Made by a program: the position numbers and the translations under genes. Shown here one piece after another: positions 25,520 through 37,927 of a stretch of 64,000 bases of DNA (positions within the stretch are counted from its first letter, which is position 1; every line of letters begins with the position of its first letter). The notes beneath the pieces were generated by a model that saw only the letters and a list, made by a program, of their open reading frames with translations, made no database searches and had not been told where the DNA came from. Source of the DNA: Lytechinus pictus (taxonomy: Eukaryota); NCBI RefSeq assembly GCF_037042905.1, contig NW_026974141.1:8184001-8248000 (forward strand), in the 5' to 3' direction.

Positions 25520-26370
25520 CTTTGAGATCCCGAGACATTCCCAGGATTTAAAATAGGGGGCTTTCATACCTAAACAGTCAAAGAAAATACCTATTATTTT
25601 CTGTCTACAAATTTTACCCAGAATTCTCTTTGCTTTGTCAAGTTATTTCCGGAACTAAATAAGGGTGCTTTCATACCTACACAGTCACATGAAATATCTG
25701 GTATATTCTGTCAAACAGATTCTACCCAGTTTTATCTTTGGTATCCTGAGGCATTCCCAGTGCTCAAATGCAGCATTTTCATACCTTCCCTGTCACAGAA
25801 AATATCTGGTATTTAATACAAATATTACCCAGAATTACATGTATCTTTGCAATCCCAAGATATTGGATATTCTGGAGGTGCCATAGCTGAATGGTTTAAG
25901 GCACCTGACTATACATGAAAAGCCCGGGGTTCGATCCCAGGCGGCGGCACCTATGCCTGTGAGCAAGGCATATAACCGACAATGCTCTTTTATCCTGCAT
26001 TCAAATAAATGGAAGTGATAAATGCATTCTTAATAACTAGGTGTGCAATTAAAAGATAAATAAATAAAGATTTGAAGTACTTAAGAGAAGAGATTTCACC
26101 CCTTCCCCGTCACATAGAATACCTAGTATGTTCTGTTTACAAATTGGAACCAGAGTTCTATTAGCAATCTTCAGACAATCCCAGGGCTGCAACAAAGGAC
26201 TTTCATGCCTACCAAATCAAAGAAAACCTATTTACTGCAAGTTTTACCCAGAATTCTCTTTTGCGATCCCAAGATATTATCGAGGCACCAACAAAGAGCT
26301 TTGGTACATTTCCAGCCACAGAAAATACCTCGTATTTTGTGTTTACACATTCTATCCAGTTTGGAATACT
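25520..26370. repeat. Degenerate ~105-bp tandem repeat interrupted by a SINE
   Basis: TTTCATACCT...CACAGAAAATA.CT..TATT...TTACCCAGAATT recurs about six times. Confidence 0.65.
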
Positions 26371-26922
26371 ATAGGTAGGATCTATTTCGGCACTGTGGAA
26401 ACAAGTACTTGTAATATCTTCAAAAGAAATAATCAAGTTTGCAGGTTCTTCTCAAAGTCAGGAGCAAAAAGTCATGTCCATCTATCTTATTCAAATAGGA
26501 GCCCATTATAAAAGTAAACAAAAAAACACATGATGATAGTTTTGAAAATTGCTTCTGTTAAGGGTCGGGGGGGGGGGGGGGAAGACTCCTAGAAATCTTT
26601 TTTGTGGTATTAATGGTAATTTTCTGGTAACTTGGACCATACCTTTTAAATATCTGATAGAAAATGTTGAATTATTGTACAAATGCTGATTTCTTTTAAA
26701 GCATGAGGGACAGATTTATCATACAAATTATAAGAAATATAGTACACCTGACAATGAAAGTGAAATATCACAATTGTTACATGTAACATCATTCTGTTAT
26801 AATTCAATATGTGGTCATTTCACAACAGGAGATGGTACAAAATATAAACCTTGTCGTTTATCCCAGATCTGTCAAATTTTATTTTGCGCTCAATTTTTAC
26901 AAATTTTTCTTTTCTTTTACAG

Positions 26923-26965
26923 GAATTTCTTCCCAACAAATTTGGTGCAAGCTTGTTTCCAGCAG
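26923..26965 (+). CDS. SLC1A2: SLC1 transporter coding exon 3 (43 nt)
   Basis: Long pyrimidine tract + acag| R-NFFPTNLVQACFQQ |gtaag; conserved N.FP.NLV.ACF motif; follows an 11.7 kb intron. Confidence 0.95.
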
Positions 26966-27847
26966 GTAAGCTTAATTCATTACATTTGTCCAGTTTGATG
27001 CAGTACGAAAATGCAATTAGAACAAACAATTTAATTAAATTTTACCGAATAAAGTAACCGATAAAGTTATTGAAAAAAAGAAACACAAACTCAATAAACA
27101 TGATGTAAAATGACAAACAAATATTTTTAATTGCATATATTGTTACCACTAGATTTGTATTTTTTTATCATTTAAAAAAGGAAATATATATTTTTTATTG
27201 AAACTGCTTTTTGTGACTTTGTTTCATCTACTGTTCAATTTTTTAGTAGTGTTTTTATGTCACATGTTTAGTAGTGTAAAACATGAAAATGTCACAATTT
27301 ATTTCTGTCATGCCATAGCCTGACCCTGGCGATACCACTAGGGCGACAATGGAGAGACGGGTAATAAATACCCTTCGGTCTATTGATTGTCTCATTGGCA
27401 GTGCCAAGTGTTCAAATCCTATCGAAGCAATTGCATCATTTGGCAAGGTGCTTCTAAACAGCGATACGCAGTAATGTTAGCTAAGGTTTGACAGTAACAT
27501 CACCAAAGGGCACTAGTCCTTGAGATATGGTTTCAACTTCAAAGCTGGGACTGCAAAGTACAAAAGCATTGCATTTATCACTCCAGGGCCCCATCATATA
27601 AAAGTCACTATTGTAACTTCGCCACCGAATATTGAATCCTTGATTTTGATTGGCTATTGGGCCATGTTACCGTGGTAGTTACCATTGGAAGGCAAAGTTA
27701 CCATGATAGCAACTTTTAAGCAACGAGGTCCAGAGGGATACCTTACCCAATATTGGGCATGCGGTACGTGGCATGTGGTAGATTTGCAATATCGTGCGGC
27801 CCTTGTGCATGTTTTAAAAACTTTCCTTCTCTTTTATTTCACACCAG

Positions 27848-28040
27848 ACACAAACATACCAAGCAGAAGAGGATGTTGTAGAGAGAAGAATCGTTAACGG
27901 CACGCTTTTAAACTCCACGGCTTCATACGCCGAAAGTGCAGATAATATAACGAATCCCGTGAACGTCACATACGAATACGTCACAGTGGGCACACAGATG
28001 GTTCGCAAGCAGGGATTCAAGAATGGCATGAACGTACTCG
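27848..28040 (+). CDS. SLC1A2: SLC1 transporter coding exon 4 (glycosylated extracellular loop)
   Basis: ccag| TQTYQAEEDVVERRIVNGTLLNSTASYAESADNITNPVNVTYEYVTVGTQMVRKQGFKNGMNVL-G |gtaag; four N-x-T sequons; ends in conserved GMNVLG. Not in the ORF track. Confidence 0.93.
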
Positions 28041-28079
28041 GTAAGAAGTAGTGAGTGTTTTCGTTTGTGTTGCGATTGG

Positions 28080-28440
28080 CGATGGTGTTGGTGCTGGTGG
28101 TGTTGGTGTTTGTGGCAGGTGTTGGTGATGTTGCTGGTGATGATATTGCTGGTATTGGTATAGGTGTTGGTGATAGTGTTGTTAGTGGTGGTGTTTATAT
28201 TTTAGTTAGGTGTTGGTGTTAATGTTTGTTATGATGCTATTGGTAATGGTGTTGATCATGTTGGTGTTGGTGTTTTGTTGGTACTGTTGGTGGTGTTGGT
28301 GATGTTGGTATTGGTGATGGTATTGAATGTAGGTGTTTTATGTTTTAGTTGGTGATTTTGGTGTTGGTGATGGTGGTATTTGTGGTGATGGTGGTGGTGG
28401 TGATGATGTTGGTGTTGATTTTGATATGTTGTTATTGATA
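28080..28440. repeat. (TGG/TGT/TGA)n degenerate microsatellite
   Basis: Directly visible. Confidence 0.9.
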
Positions 28441-28504
28441 ATAATAATAACAATATTAGCAGGATCTAGTGTTATAGCCTGAGGATACAAAGTGAAACTT
28501 CCAT

Positions 28505-28715
28505 TACCCCGGCTTTAGCTCGAGCTTTGACTTTTTCAACAGCGCTCAGTGCATTCAAGAAATTAATCCTGCTAGGTACCCATTCACCTCACCTGGGTTG
28601 AGTGCAGCACAGTGTTGACAAATTTCTTGCTGAAGGAAAACACGCCATGGCTAGGATTCAAACCCATGACCTTCTGTTTGAAAGTCAAGAGTCGGAACCA
28701 CTTGACCACCACGTG
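28505..28715 (-). mobile_element. tRNA-derived SINE (same family, reverse orientation)
   Basis: GGTACCCATTCACCTCACCTGGGTTGAGTGCAGCACA...GGATTCAAACCC..ACCACTTGACCAC. Confidence 0.82.
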
Positions 28716-31700
28716 CTCACACATAGTGATAGTGGTGTTGATGATTGCGTTTCTGTTAGTGCTGGTGGTAGTGGCGGTGATGGTGGTGTTGTTGGCGTCA
28801 GTGTTGGTTGTTGTAGTGGTGAACGAAAATGTCATTCACTTTTATTCTTGAATCTTTTAATGCAACGTCCTTTAAAGCTTCAACATATTAAATGAGATGG
28901 TAGAATATTACCTCTCTTTGAATTATATTTTGCATTGAGTTTTCCCTCAGTAATAAAAAACAATACACCGAAACAAAAACAAGATAGGGTAGAGCTGTGG
29001 TCTAGCAACTACCGTCATGTATTCTTTCCTCAAATTGTTGTAAGTACAAGAACTAGGCTAGCTTCTTTCAGAACAAATTATATTGACGGGGTATACACAT
29101 TAGTCCTGTGTTTTACTTCCGAGCATTGTCATCTTATATTTTTGCACATTTCAGAAGAAAGCATCCATGGTGTATTTATTTCCTTCCCTGGAAATTCGCA
29201 GAAAATCAGGAATTTTTAAATTGCATATATATAAGGGTATGAACCATGGACTTTAATGACAAAGGCATAGGATGTTATGTCATGATGTATGTCCACATGG
29301 TGTCTGCATGCACATGTATGTTGAGGCCAATCCAACTCGGAGGAATGCATGGACGGTCTATTTGGGCGGAGCACCTTTGCCGGAAAGTTTGAATTGCCCA
29401 ACTTTTCTCACCGTTCTGAATAGCCTTTTGACACGGCCGGCATTGTGCCTGCGATACACACAGACACTGCGCCAACAATCGGCTGTTTTCTCTCCAAACA
29501 GCTTGCCTTGGCCTTGCGGTTCGGGGGCAGGTCTCACCACAAGAAGGGTTACTTCTTTAAAGAGTGAAACCTGACCGCAATGTCATAAATATCCATAGGT
29601 GTAGGAAAGTTATCCTCCTTTGCGGCTAAAGGCGTGTTTCTTTTCTTAAGTTTGTTGAAATCGGGTAGTTTGGCGGTCTGAGCAAGCTCACATTTTCCAA
29701 GCTTTTTTTCTCAACTTTTGAATGGGTGATAACCAGTTGCCTTATTGTGTATCCCTGGCATTTTTGTAGCTCCTATAGAAGTGTTGCTATGGCTTCTATT
29801 TTTGCCTTTCTTTTTTCTTTCTTTTTCATCCCTCTCTCTCTGTCTATCTCTATCTTTCTTTCCCCATTTAGTTGTATCTCATTCTCTCTCTCTCCCCTCT
29901 CTGCATCTCTTTCACTCCCCGCTGTATATCCCCCCCCTGTGCCTCTGTCTCTCTTACATGTACTCTTCCCTATATGTCTTTCTTCATCTCTTTCTCTCTG
30001 TGTATCCCTGTCTCTCTCTGTGTCTGTCTGTCTGTCTGTCTCCCTCATCTCTTCCATGTGGTATCTCTTTCAAACTCTACCGTACTACTGGCATAGTTTG
30101 AAAGAGATACCACATGGAAGAGAAAGAAAAGGGAGGGGAACACTAAAAGGGGAAATACAAAATAGGAGATATAGACCTAGTGGCAGACTGGTAGTAGGTC
30201 TATATCTCCTATTTTGTCTTTCTTCCTATAGTTTCTCCCCTCCCTTCTCTTTTCTTAAATATTTTCTAGTCTGTCACTTACTCTCTCTTCTCCCCCTCTC
30301 TTCCTAAATCTCATCTACTTCTCTGTCTACTCTCTCCTCCCTTCTCTTTTCTTAAATCTCTTCTCCTGTTACCTCCTTACTCAGTCCTTCTCACTCGTCT
30401 TTTCTAACCTGGAGGTATCTAAAGTAGGCCATAGAGTGTTCCTTACATGGCTTTGATTTGGAATTCCTAAACAAATCAAGGTCAGAGTTCAGATTGATGT
30501 GTGTTACTGATTCTTGTTGGCTTCACCAAAGTACCAGTTTTCCTGAAGCCAAAACAAAATCAGTGGAACTGCCCTTTCACCCCGGCCATTTTAGTGGGTC
30601 AGTTGGTCATTAACAATGGTTGGTTTTCCATCAGGTCCAAGTTTGCTTGGTTTCGGGATCTTAGCCTGATCAGCCCGTCTTAGCTGGTGCTGCATCAGGG
30701 TAAATTGCCACCTGGGCCCCGCCTTACAAAGAGTTGCAATTGATCTGACCAACCACAACTATTGAAAGCCAGCAAGGTCAACATCTACAATACTTGTTTG
30801 TTTAGAATATTTTCTCGATATGATGTACATTCATACATTTATCGTTTTATTTCCAATTCGTCCACTCACCGCATGGTCTACTTTCATTTAGTCTAATGCT
30901 ATTCCGTCTAATAACCGTTTACTCCATACAACATTTGGTCTAATTGGACTTAGTGTTAAATTGTGCAAAATGAAAGAAGATGAAATGGATATTAGACCAA
31001 CTGGTTATGAGACGAAATGGTCATAGACAAAATGGTGATTAGACAAAGTAAAGATTGGACGAAATGGTTAATGGACCAAATGGTTGTTAGACGAAATGGT
31101 GATTGACGGAGTGGCATTGGACTAAATGAAAGTAGACAAATTGGCAATTTACCCATTTATCGCTCTCTTGAAAATGGTCACTGGTCATCATACTCTGAGC
31201 TTGCTTACCAACAACTTTTTCTTTTTTCCGAACTCTGAAAATCATCCAAATTGCACTCTTGTTAAATTATATTCTCTATTTGCTTTGGAAATGAGGTGTT
31301 TTCGTGACATTCAGTAAATAGATTGATTTCTTGCCTTGCAGGAGAGAGATGATAGAGGATGTCATTGTGTGTTTGCTCCATGAAGCATTAAAAGGAATGT
31401 CCGTCAGTACCTGGTCTGATGTAGTTGTCATCATGAACACATTTTTTTTTCAAATCAGGTGGTGTACAGGCTAGATGTTTTCCTGAACCCCTCCCACCTC
31501 CCACCGATATTCCCCATTACTTTCTTTGCTCACTACATGTGTGTACCCTATACAGGCATAGACCCTGATTGAAACTTTGGTCTACATGTTTGTCTGCACA
31601 CAAGACTAGCCCAAATACAACTTGCAGGGACCTTCTGTACATAGGCTAATGGCAAGGACCTTTAGGCTGAATATTCAGACCACTTTTCTTGAGTGAAGGG

Positions 31701-32730
31701 TTTTGCACAGCAAACTACATTTACCCTGTCTGATACAGCCAGCAACAATTTTAGTTATAGTGTGATTTTTTAAGTAACCATGAAGTGCCCAAGTTTAGGC
31801 TACTTATAAGTTTAAAACACTGAAAGGTATCATTGTTTGTAGTGAGTAATACCGGGAGTGCACATCATGAAACAAATTATGACTTTTTGTTTAAACAGCT
31901 CCTGAACTCCTTGCCTCTGATTGGCTCCGAACAAATTAGTCAGACAGTGAAAACCATTCAAAAGTCGCTTACTGAGACACTCCCCGATTTGTATCTACTT
32001 CAGAGTTATACCTGCATGTAGTATATCTGAAAATGCATAGAGGTCTATAGGCCGGTGACTGAAGTTTGGGAACTGGGTTTTCTTTGCTTTACCTACATAC
32101 ATGTACAAAGCTGTTGCTGCTGATGCTTAAAACAGCCATGATGAAAAATGACAATTGTTCATGTGAAGTAGGCCAGGCCAGGCAGAGTTTAAGCGGCATC
32201 GCCGCCTGTGTTGGCCGGGTGATGGGAAATTTGTACCTGATTGGCAGCTAACCCCAAACAGACGTCCAATTATCTGCCCGAGACTTGAGGTCAAAGTTCA
32301 GGGGGAATGTTCTTTGGAGTACTTTTTGGTGGGAACCTGCCATGAGTGTGTGTGATCTCTCTGTTTCCTTAATTCTCTTGAATAAGATGAATACAAAATA
32401 ATGTTATTTGGACCTTCTGTGATCTTGATCTCACTTTTTTTCTCTCTCTAAGATGAGTAATTGACAGAGATGTCTTTCAACGGGTGTGTGCGTGAAATGC
32501 AAATCACTGTGATTCCCCACCCCTCTCTATTTCTGTATCTGTCTCCTTCAACCCCCTCCCCCACCCTCCTCTTTTCTGTCTGCCATCCAAGCTTGATCTC
32601 TCTATTCCCGTCGTCGTCGCTTGAATTCAAAGTCATGTCTCAACAGAGACTCTTTAAAAGGGTTGGCCCTACATGCAAAACTTTCATCCTGAGATCACCC
32701 CCCATCCACCTATTTTCTCTGTATATGGCT

Positions 32731-33000
32731 GTGGTCTAGTAGTTCTGACTCTCGCCTCTCAAACAGAGGGATGTGGGTTCAAATCCCAGCCATGGCGTGT
32801 TTTCATTCAGCAAAAAAATTACCCACACTGTACTGCACTCGACCCAGGTGAGGTAAATGGGTACCCGGCAGGATTAATTCCTTGGATGCATGAGCGCTAA
32901 AAGGCAGCTCAAGCTAAAGCCAAGGTAATAATAATAATAAAAATGCGCCTCGGAATAGATTGTTTCTAAATAGATGGCGCTATACGAATGTCTGTAATTA
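32731..33000 (+). mobile_element. tRNA-derived SINE (same family as 54764)
   Basis: GTGGTCTAGTAGTTCTGACTCTCGCC..GGGTTCAAATCCC..CACTCGACCCAGGTGAGGTAAATGGGTACC. Confidence 0.85.
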
Positions 33001-33635
33001 TGTCTCCTCCAGCCCCGCGCCCATCTGTTCTTATCCCCCTCTCTTTCTGTCTCCTTCACTCCTACTTTTTCTCTCTCTGTCTCCTTATATCAGTGTTCAG
33101 CCATCTTGCACACAAGATGAACAGTATCTGGTGGATATTTCATAAAACCGTTCGTAAATTACAAACGACTTTACAAATGATTAGTGATCCGTTCTTAGGA
33201 GCTTGATCAGCACCAATAAAAACTGGTGCACATGATTGACCATAAGAAAGGATTACAGCGTTTGTAAAGTCATGTGTAACTTAATGAGCAGCTTTATGAA
33301 ACACCCACCTGGGGAGCATTCATGAAAGGACTTGTCAGACATTTTATCCAACAAGTCCCATTTTATCTAACAGTTTCCATAGTAACATTGCTTCTCAGCC
33401 AATCAAAATCAGGGAAAGATGTCAGATCTGACAACTTGTCGGACATGAAATGTTGATGAAACGCTTCCCAGAGTCAGAGCAAAAAAAAATTGCTTATTCA
33501 TCACTAATGGCTTCATAAAATGCTGCCTATTTCTTGTCTGTGTTTTTATTTTTTAAGCCATGATGTCTGTGATTTCAGCTCATTGTAATCCATAAAGCTC
33601 ATCCTTGGCAATTTGTTCTTTGTCTTGAATGACAG

Positions 33636-33762
33636 GAATCATTGCTTTCTGCATCTTCTTTGGCATCCTACTGGGTCAGATGGGAGAGCGAGGTCGTGTC
33701 ATGGTCGAGTTCTTTGACATCCTCTCGGACCTGACCATGCAGATGGTCAACATCATCATGTG
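33636..33762 (+). CDS. SLC1A2: SLC1 transporter coding exon 5 (TM4c-TM5)
   Basis: gacag| GIIAFCIFFGILLGQMGERGRVMVEFFDILSDLTMQMVNIIM-W |gtaagt. Confidence 0.95.
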
Positions 33763-33796
33763 GTAAGTAATAAGTATGATGATAATAAGGGTATTC

Positions 33797-34410
33797 ATCA
33801 TCATTATCATCATCATCATCATTATTATCACCATCATCATCATTATTGTCGTCATTATCATCATCATAACCATCATCGTCATCATCACCATCATTGTCAT
33901 CATCACCATCATCATCATCATCATCATTTTCATCATCATCACCACCATCATCATCACCATCACCGTTATCACCACCATCATCATCATTATCAACATTGTT
34001 GTCATCTTTATCATCATCATTATTTTCATCATCGTCACTCTCATCACCACCACCACCATCATCACCACCATTACCATTATCATCATCGTCATCATCATCA
34101 CTATCATCACCATCATCATTATCACCATCATTGCAACCATCATCATTATCAGCATTATCATTATCATCACCACCATCATCAGATCATCATTATCAATATC
34201 ATTATTACCATCATCATAATTATCGTCATCATCTTCATCATCATTGGCATCACATCACCATCATCCTCCTCTTCATCACCAATTATCATTACAGTCACCA
34301 TCACCGCCACTGTCATCATCTTCGTCATCATCATTATCATTCATACTTCCACAAACACCATTACATCACCATCTCCATGGCCGCGATTATCACCACCATG
34401 ATCATCATCA
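33797..34410. repeat. (CAT/CAC)n imperfect microsatellite filling most of an SLC1 intron
   Basis: Directly visible; source of the His/Ile/Ser/Met-rich spurious ORFs. Confidence 0.97.
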
Positions 34411-34475
34411 TAATTGAATTTGTGCAATTGTACATTAATATGACAACAATCTTGTACCATCCTCTCCCCTACCAG

Positions 34476-34706
34476 GTACTCACCAATCGGTATCATGAGC
34501 CTGATCTGTGCCAAGATCCTAGACATGGACAATCCTGCCGTGGTCTTCTCCAACCTTGGTCTCTACATGGTGACGGTCCTGCTTGGGCTGGTGGTCCATC
34601 TGGCCTGCCTCATGACCATCTACTTCACCATCACCCGCAAAAACCCCTTCACCTTCTTCAGGGGTCTCTTACAGGCCTGGCTGACGGCCCTCGCGACTTC
34701 CTCAAG
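34476..34706 (+). CDS. SLC1A2: SLC1 transporter coding exon 6 (TM5-TM6, HP1a)
   Basis: accag| YSPIGIMSLICAKIL...RKNPFTFFRGLLQAWLTALATSS-S |gtgag; phase 2-2. Confidence 0.96.
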
Positions 34707-34793
34707 GTGAGAAGTGCTTTTTGCCTGACAGAGTGAGATCAATCACTCTTTTTAAGTATTAATTCCCTTTGTGATATTGTCAGTTAGCCATTC

Positions 34794-34824
<31 letters not shown>

Positions 34825-35369
34825 GGCTCTTCCCTTTCTCTTTCTGAACTAATGAGTGGTATTAAAATAGCGCCACCGTGTGTTGGCGTCTTTGGCAACT
34901 GCGTATGTGGCACGGATGACCTGGGCTTTAGGCTGTTGGCCTGATCAATAAATGCTGACTTGAATTATCAGCCGAAATAAACCTGGCTGTCTTGTACTGC
35001 TTTCGTCACAGATTTGCTGTCTCTTGAGATGTCAAGAGCAACCATTCTGTATAATGAGCTAGCATGTTTCACCCAAGTTTGCAGCTCTGTGACTCCCCCT
35101 GTCGTACCAGTCATACTCAGACATCTCGAGGAGAGGTGTCCAAAACAATAATTCTGTGAAATGATTTCCTGTGCCTTGCCTGATTTTGCAGCACTGTGAC
35201 GACTCTGGTCACACCCTGTTGCCATGGGGAGGGATGTCCAGAGCAACTATATATATAAGATAAGATATAAGATTTTTATTCAATTCTGTCGAACCCCGAT
35301 CAGGAGTATAAGAGTCTCAACAAGAACATATTTACAATAATGAATTTGTGCTTTCCCCTGATGTTACAG

Positions 35370-35564
35370 CTCTGCGACTCTCCCGGTCACATTCCGTTGC
35401 CTCGAGGAGAATCTTGGAATCGACAAGAGGGTTACCCGATTCGTCTTGCCTATCGGAGCAACGGTGAACATGGACGGCACCGCCCTCTACGAAGCAGTAG
35501 CAACCATCTTTATCGGTCAGCTCAATGGCTACACTTTGACCATCGGCAAAATCATCACAATTAG
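35370..35564 (+). CDS. SLC1A2: SLC1 transporter coding exon 7 (HP1b, TM7)
   Basis: tacag| [65 protein letters not shown] |gtaag. Confidence 0.97.
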   Translation, partial: LCDSPGHIPLPRGESWNRQEGYPIRLAYRSNGEHGRHRPLRSSSNHLYRSAQWLHFDHRQNHHN

Positions 35565-36702
35565 GTAAGGTCACCCCGAAGGGCGGGAGGCACCTCGTCC
35601 AAAGTCCTAGCCGCGTCTTTTTCTGCAAGAATCCAGCGGGAAGGATTTTCATTCCTCATGCTTGGATTTCTTCATGGAAGGACGAACGGAGAATGCATGA
35701 AAGCTGTGATGAAATGATGCACAGTGCTTTTAAAGTGGGAATTCTGCTAAAAGATGCGGCAAAGACTTTTGACTAGTCTCGTAAAGTGAATGCCGTTGGG
35801 TACTGAAGCCCATTTCATGAAAATATATATAATTATATACAAAAAATGCAAAACATCTCAAACAAATTTGACATCAGCCAACTTGAAGGTAATTCCAAAA
35901 GTTCAGACATGTAGTGATGCACCCTGGAAAATTTTCTCTCCATGTCAAGGGAGTGGTGTTAGTGATTTTGATAGCTTTATTATTATTATTATTATTTGTT
36001 TGGCATCACCTGTGTTAAGTCCCCTTTAAGTTAAGTCTCCAGTTCCATCATGAAATCCTTTGTTGAAATACTTATTACGATTGTTGCATGTTACTTTTGT
36101 ATATATTGTTTGATTGATAATTGAAGGGAATGGATGAATTGAATTTGAACTTGAAATAGACGAAAATGCGTTTTGTTTTTAGAGAGCGCAATGAGTAAAA
36201 TGATGTGCTGTAACCCAGTGCTGTTGCAGAGTGACATTGAGGTAATTAGAGTGATGAGTTTAAAGTTTTAATACATGTAAGTTCTTATCTTCAGATTAAA
36301 TATAAAAGTGCATCTTCGGATTAAATGAGTTGAGTATTTGAAATGTTTCTACGGAAGCAACAGAATTTGGATCCCATTTTATATTATTATTGACAATATG
36401 CAACATTCATACAGTGCTCAATGCAATGTTTCTAAGCACTGTGTACTATTACCCTGGCTTTAACATGGCTACCCTGATCGGACGCTCGAGCATTCAAGGA
36501 ATTCCTTCCTACCGGGTACCCATTTACTACACCTGGGTGGAGAGTGGCAAATGTAGATAGACGCCTTACCAAAGGCGGGTAGTGCTGCGATGTGATCCGA
36601 TCCCGGACCATGTTGTGATCAAAATCGGAGACTTATCCACTGAGCTACTACACCTCTACATTTACATCATATAATGAATATTTTTTTCTTTTCTTTTTTC
36701 AG

Positions 36703-36837
36703 CTTAACAGCAACCTTAGCAAGTGTTGGAGCTGCTAGCGTACCTAGCGCAGGTCTGATTACCATGCTTCTGGTGCTCACTGCGGCAGGATTCCCTGTGG
36801 AAGATGTCAGTTTGCTCTTCACCGTAGATTGGTTCTT
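36703..36837 (+). CDS. SLC1A2: SLC1 transporter coding exon 8 (HP2, TM8 start)
   Basis: ttttcag| [45 protein letters not shown] |gtaagt; 135 nt, phase 2-2. Confidence 0.97.
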
Positions 36838-37827
36838 GTAAGTTTTTAGTTTTTATTGATTGATTGATTGCTTTTATTTCTGCATTCACATTATCAGATA
36901 TAAGTTTACAAGGTAATATACAGTGCGTCCCCCAAAAAATGAAACCCGTTTTCAGAGATAGATTTGACAATTATTAAATATGTTTTTATTATAAAGTTGA
37001 CTCTTGTGGTAAGAGTGGGATCTCGCCTGTAGTTTGAGACCGTTCATGTATGGCAGATTTAAAACAATTAAATTGAGCTATGCCAGGAACGATTTACGCA
37101 GAAACTCACAAGTAAATCTGAATCCATTCTCATTTGAGAGATCAGTGATAGAAATTTAACAAAGAATACAAAAAAAGGCTAGTGAGCAAATTGTCGAATA
37201 AGCACGGTCGTTGCATCATGAACCAATCCTGTCCAATATTCTGCGCAACCTGATTTTGACTTTCAAATCGTCCTTCTGATGAATACGTGAGGTGTTCATC
37301 TCATATTAGGTATCAAAGTTTAGAGGACTACCTGAATTTTATGGTGATGTAAATGAAATATCATAATTCCTTTGCATTTGAAGGAGAAAAGCATGGGAAT
37401 ATCAGTTTCTTTTTTTCTGTACCAGTGGACAGATGGTTATCATAGCTGACCAGCTATGAGTAGTTAAGGACTTGGGGTGGGGCTATTAGTGCTGCCAATT
37501 CATAAGCCCTTTAAAGATTAACAGTATTCAAAACAGTTCTTGCCGACCGAGCTTATCAAACACATTCAACATTCAGTAATATGCGCAACAAATCTATGCA
37601 ACATTTCATTGAACATCTGTATAGAAAATGAGAGCAACAGACATGATATTTGCATGACATGAAGCATCATGTCAGCTATGCTCACAGTATGTGCATTTTC
37701 TCTTTAATACTCTTCAAAGATTGTATTTAAAAATGAGGAGGAAATGGGAAAAGAAAAAAACACTGTGATATGAAAAATGTAAGAAAGAAGTACTTCAGTA
37801 AATACTTTTGTTGTTTACTTTTGACAG

Positions 37828-37927
37828 GGATCGTTGTCGTACATCTATCAACGTGGTGGGCGACTCGTACGGAGCGGCCATCGTGCATCATCTTTCTAAG
37901 AAAGAATTAGATGCATTAGATCGAGAG
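37828..37927 (+). CDS. SLC1A2: SLC1 transporter coding exon 9 (TM8)
   Basis: gacag| [33 protein letters not shown] |gtaatt. Confidence 0.96.

Noticed and set aside
23720-30307. Hydrophobic Leu/Ser/Phe-rich ORFs (23720, 25106, 29726)
   Set aside because: Translations of CT-rich low-complexity tracts.
33676-34736. Long His-, Ile-, Ser- and Met-rich ORFs
   Set aside because: Translations of a (CAT)n microsatellite inside a GT-AG intron whose flanking exons join in frame.
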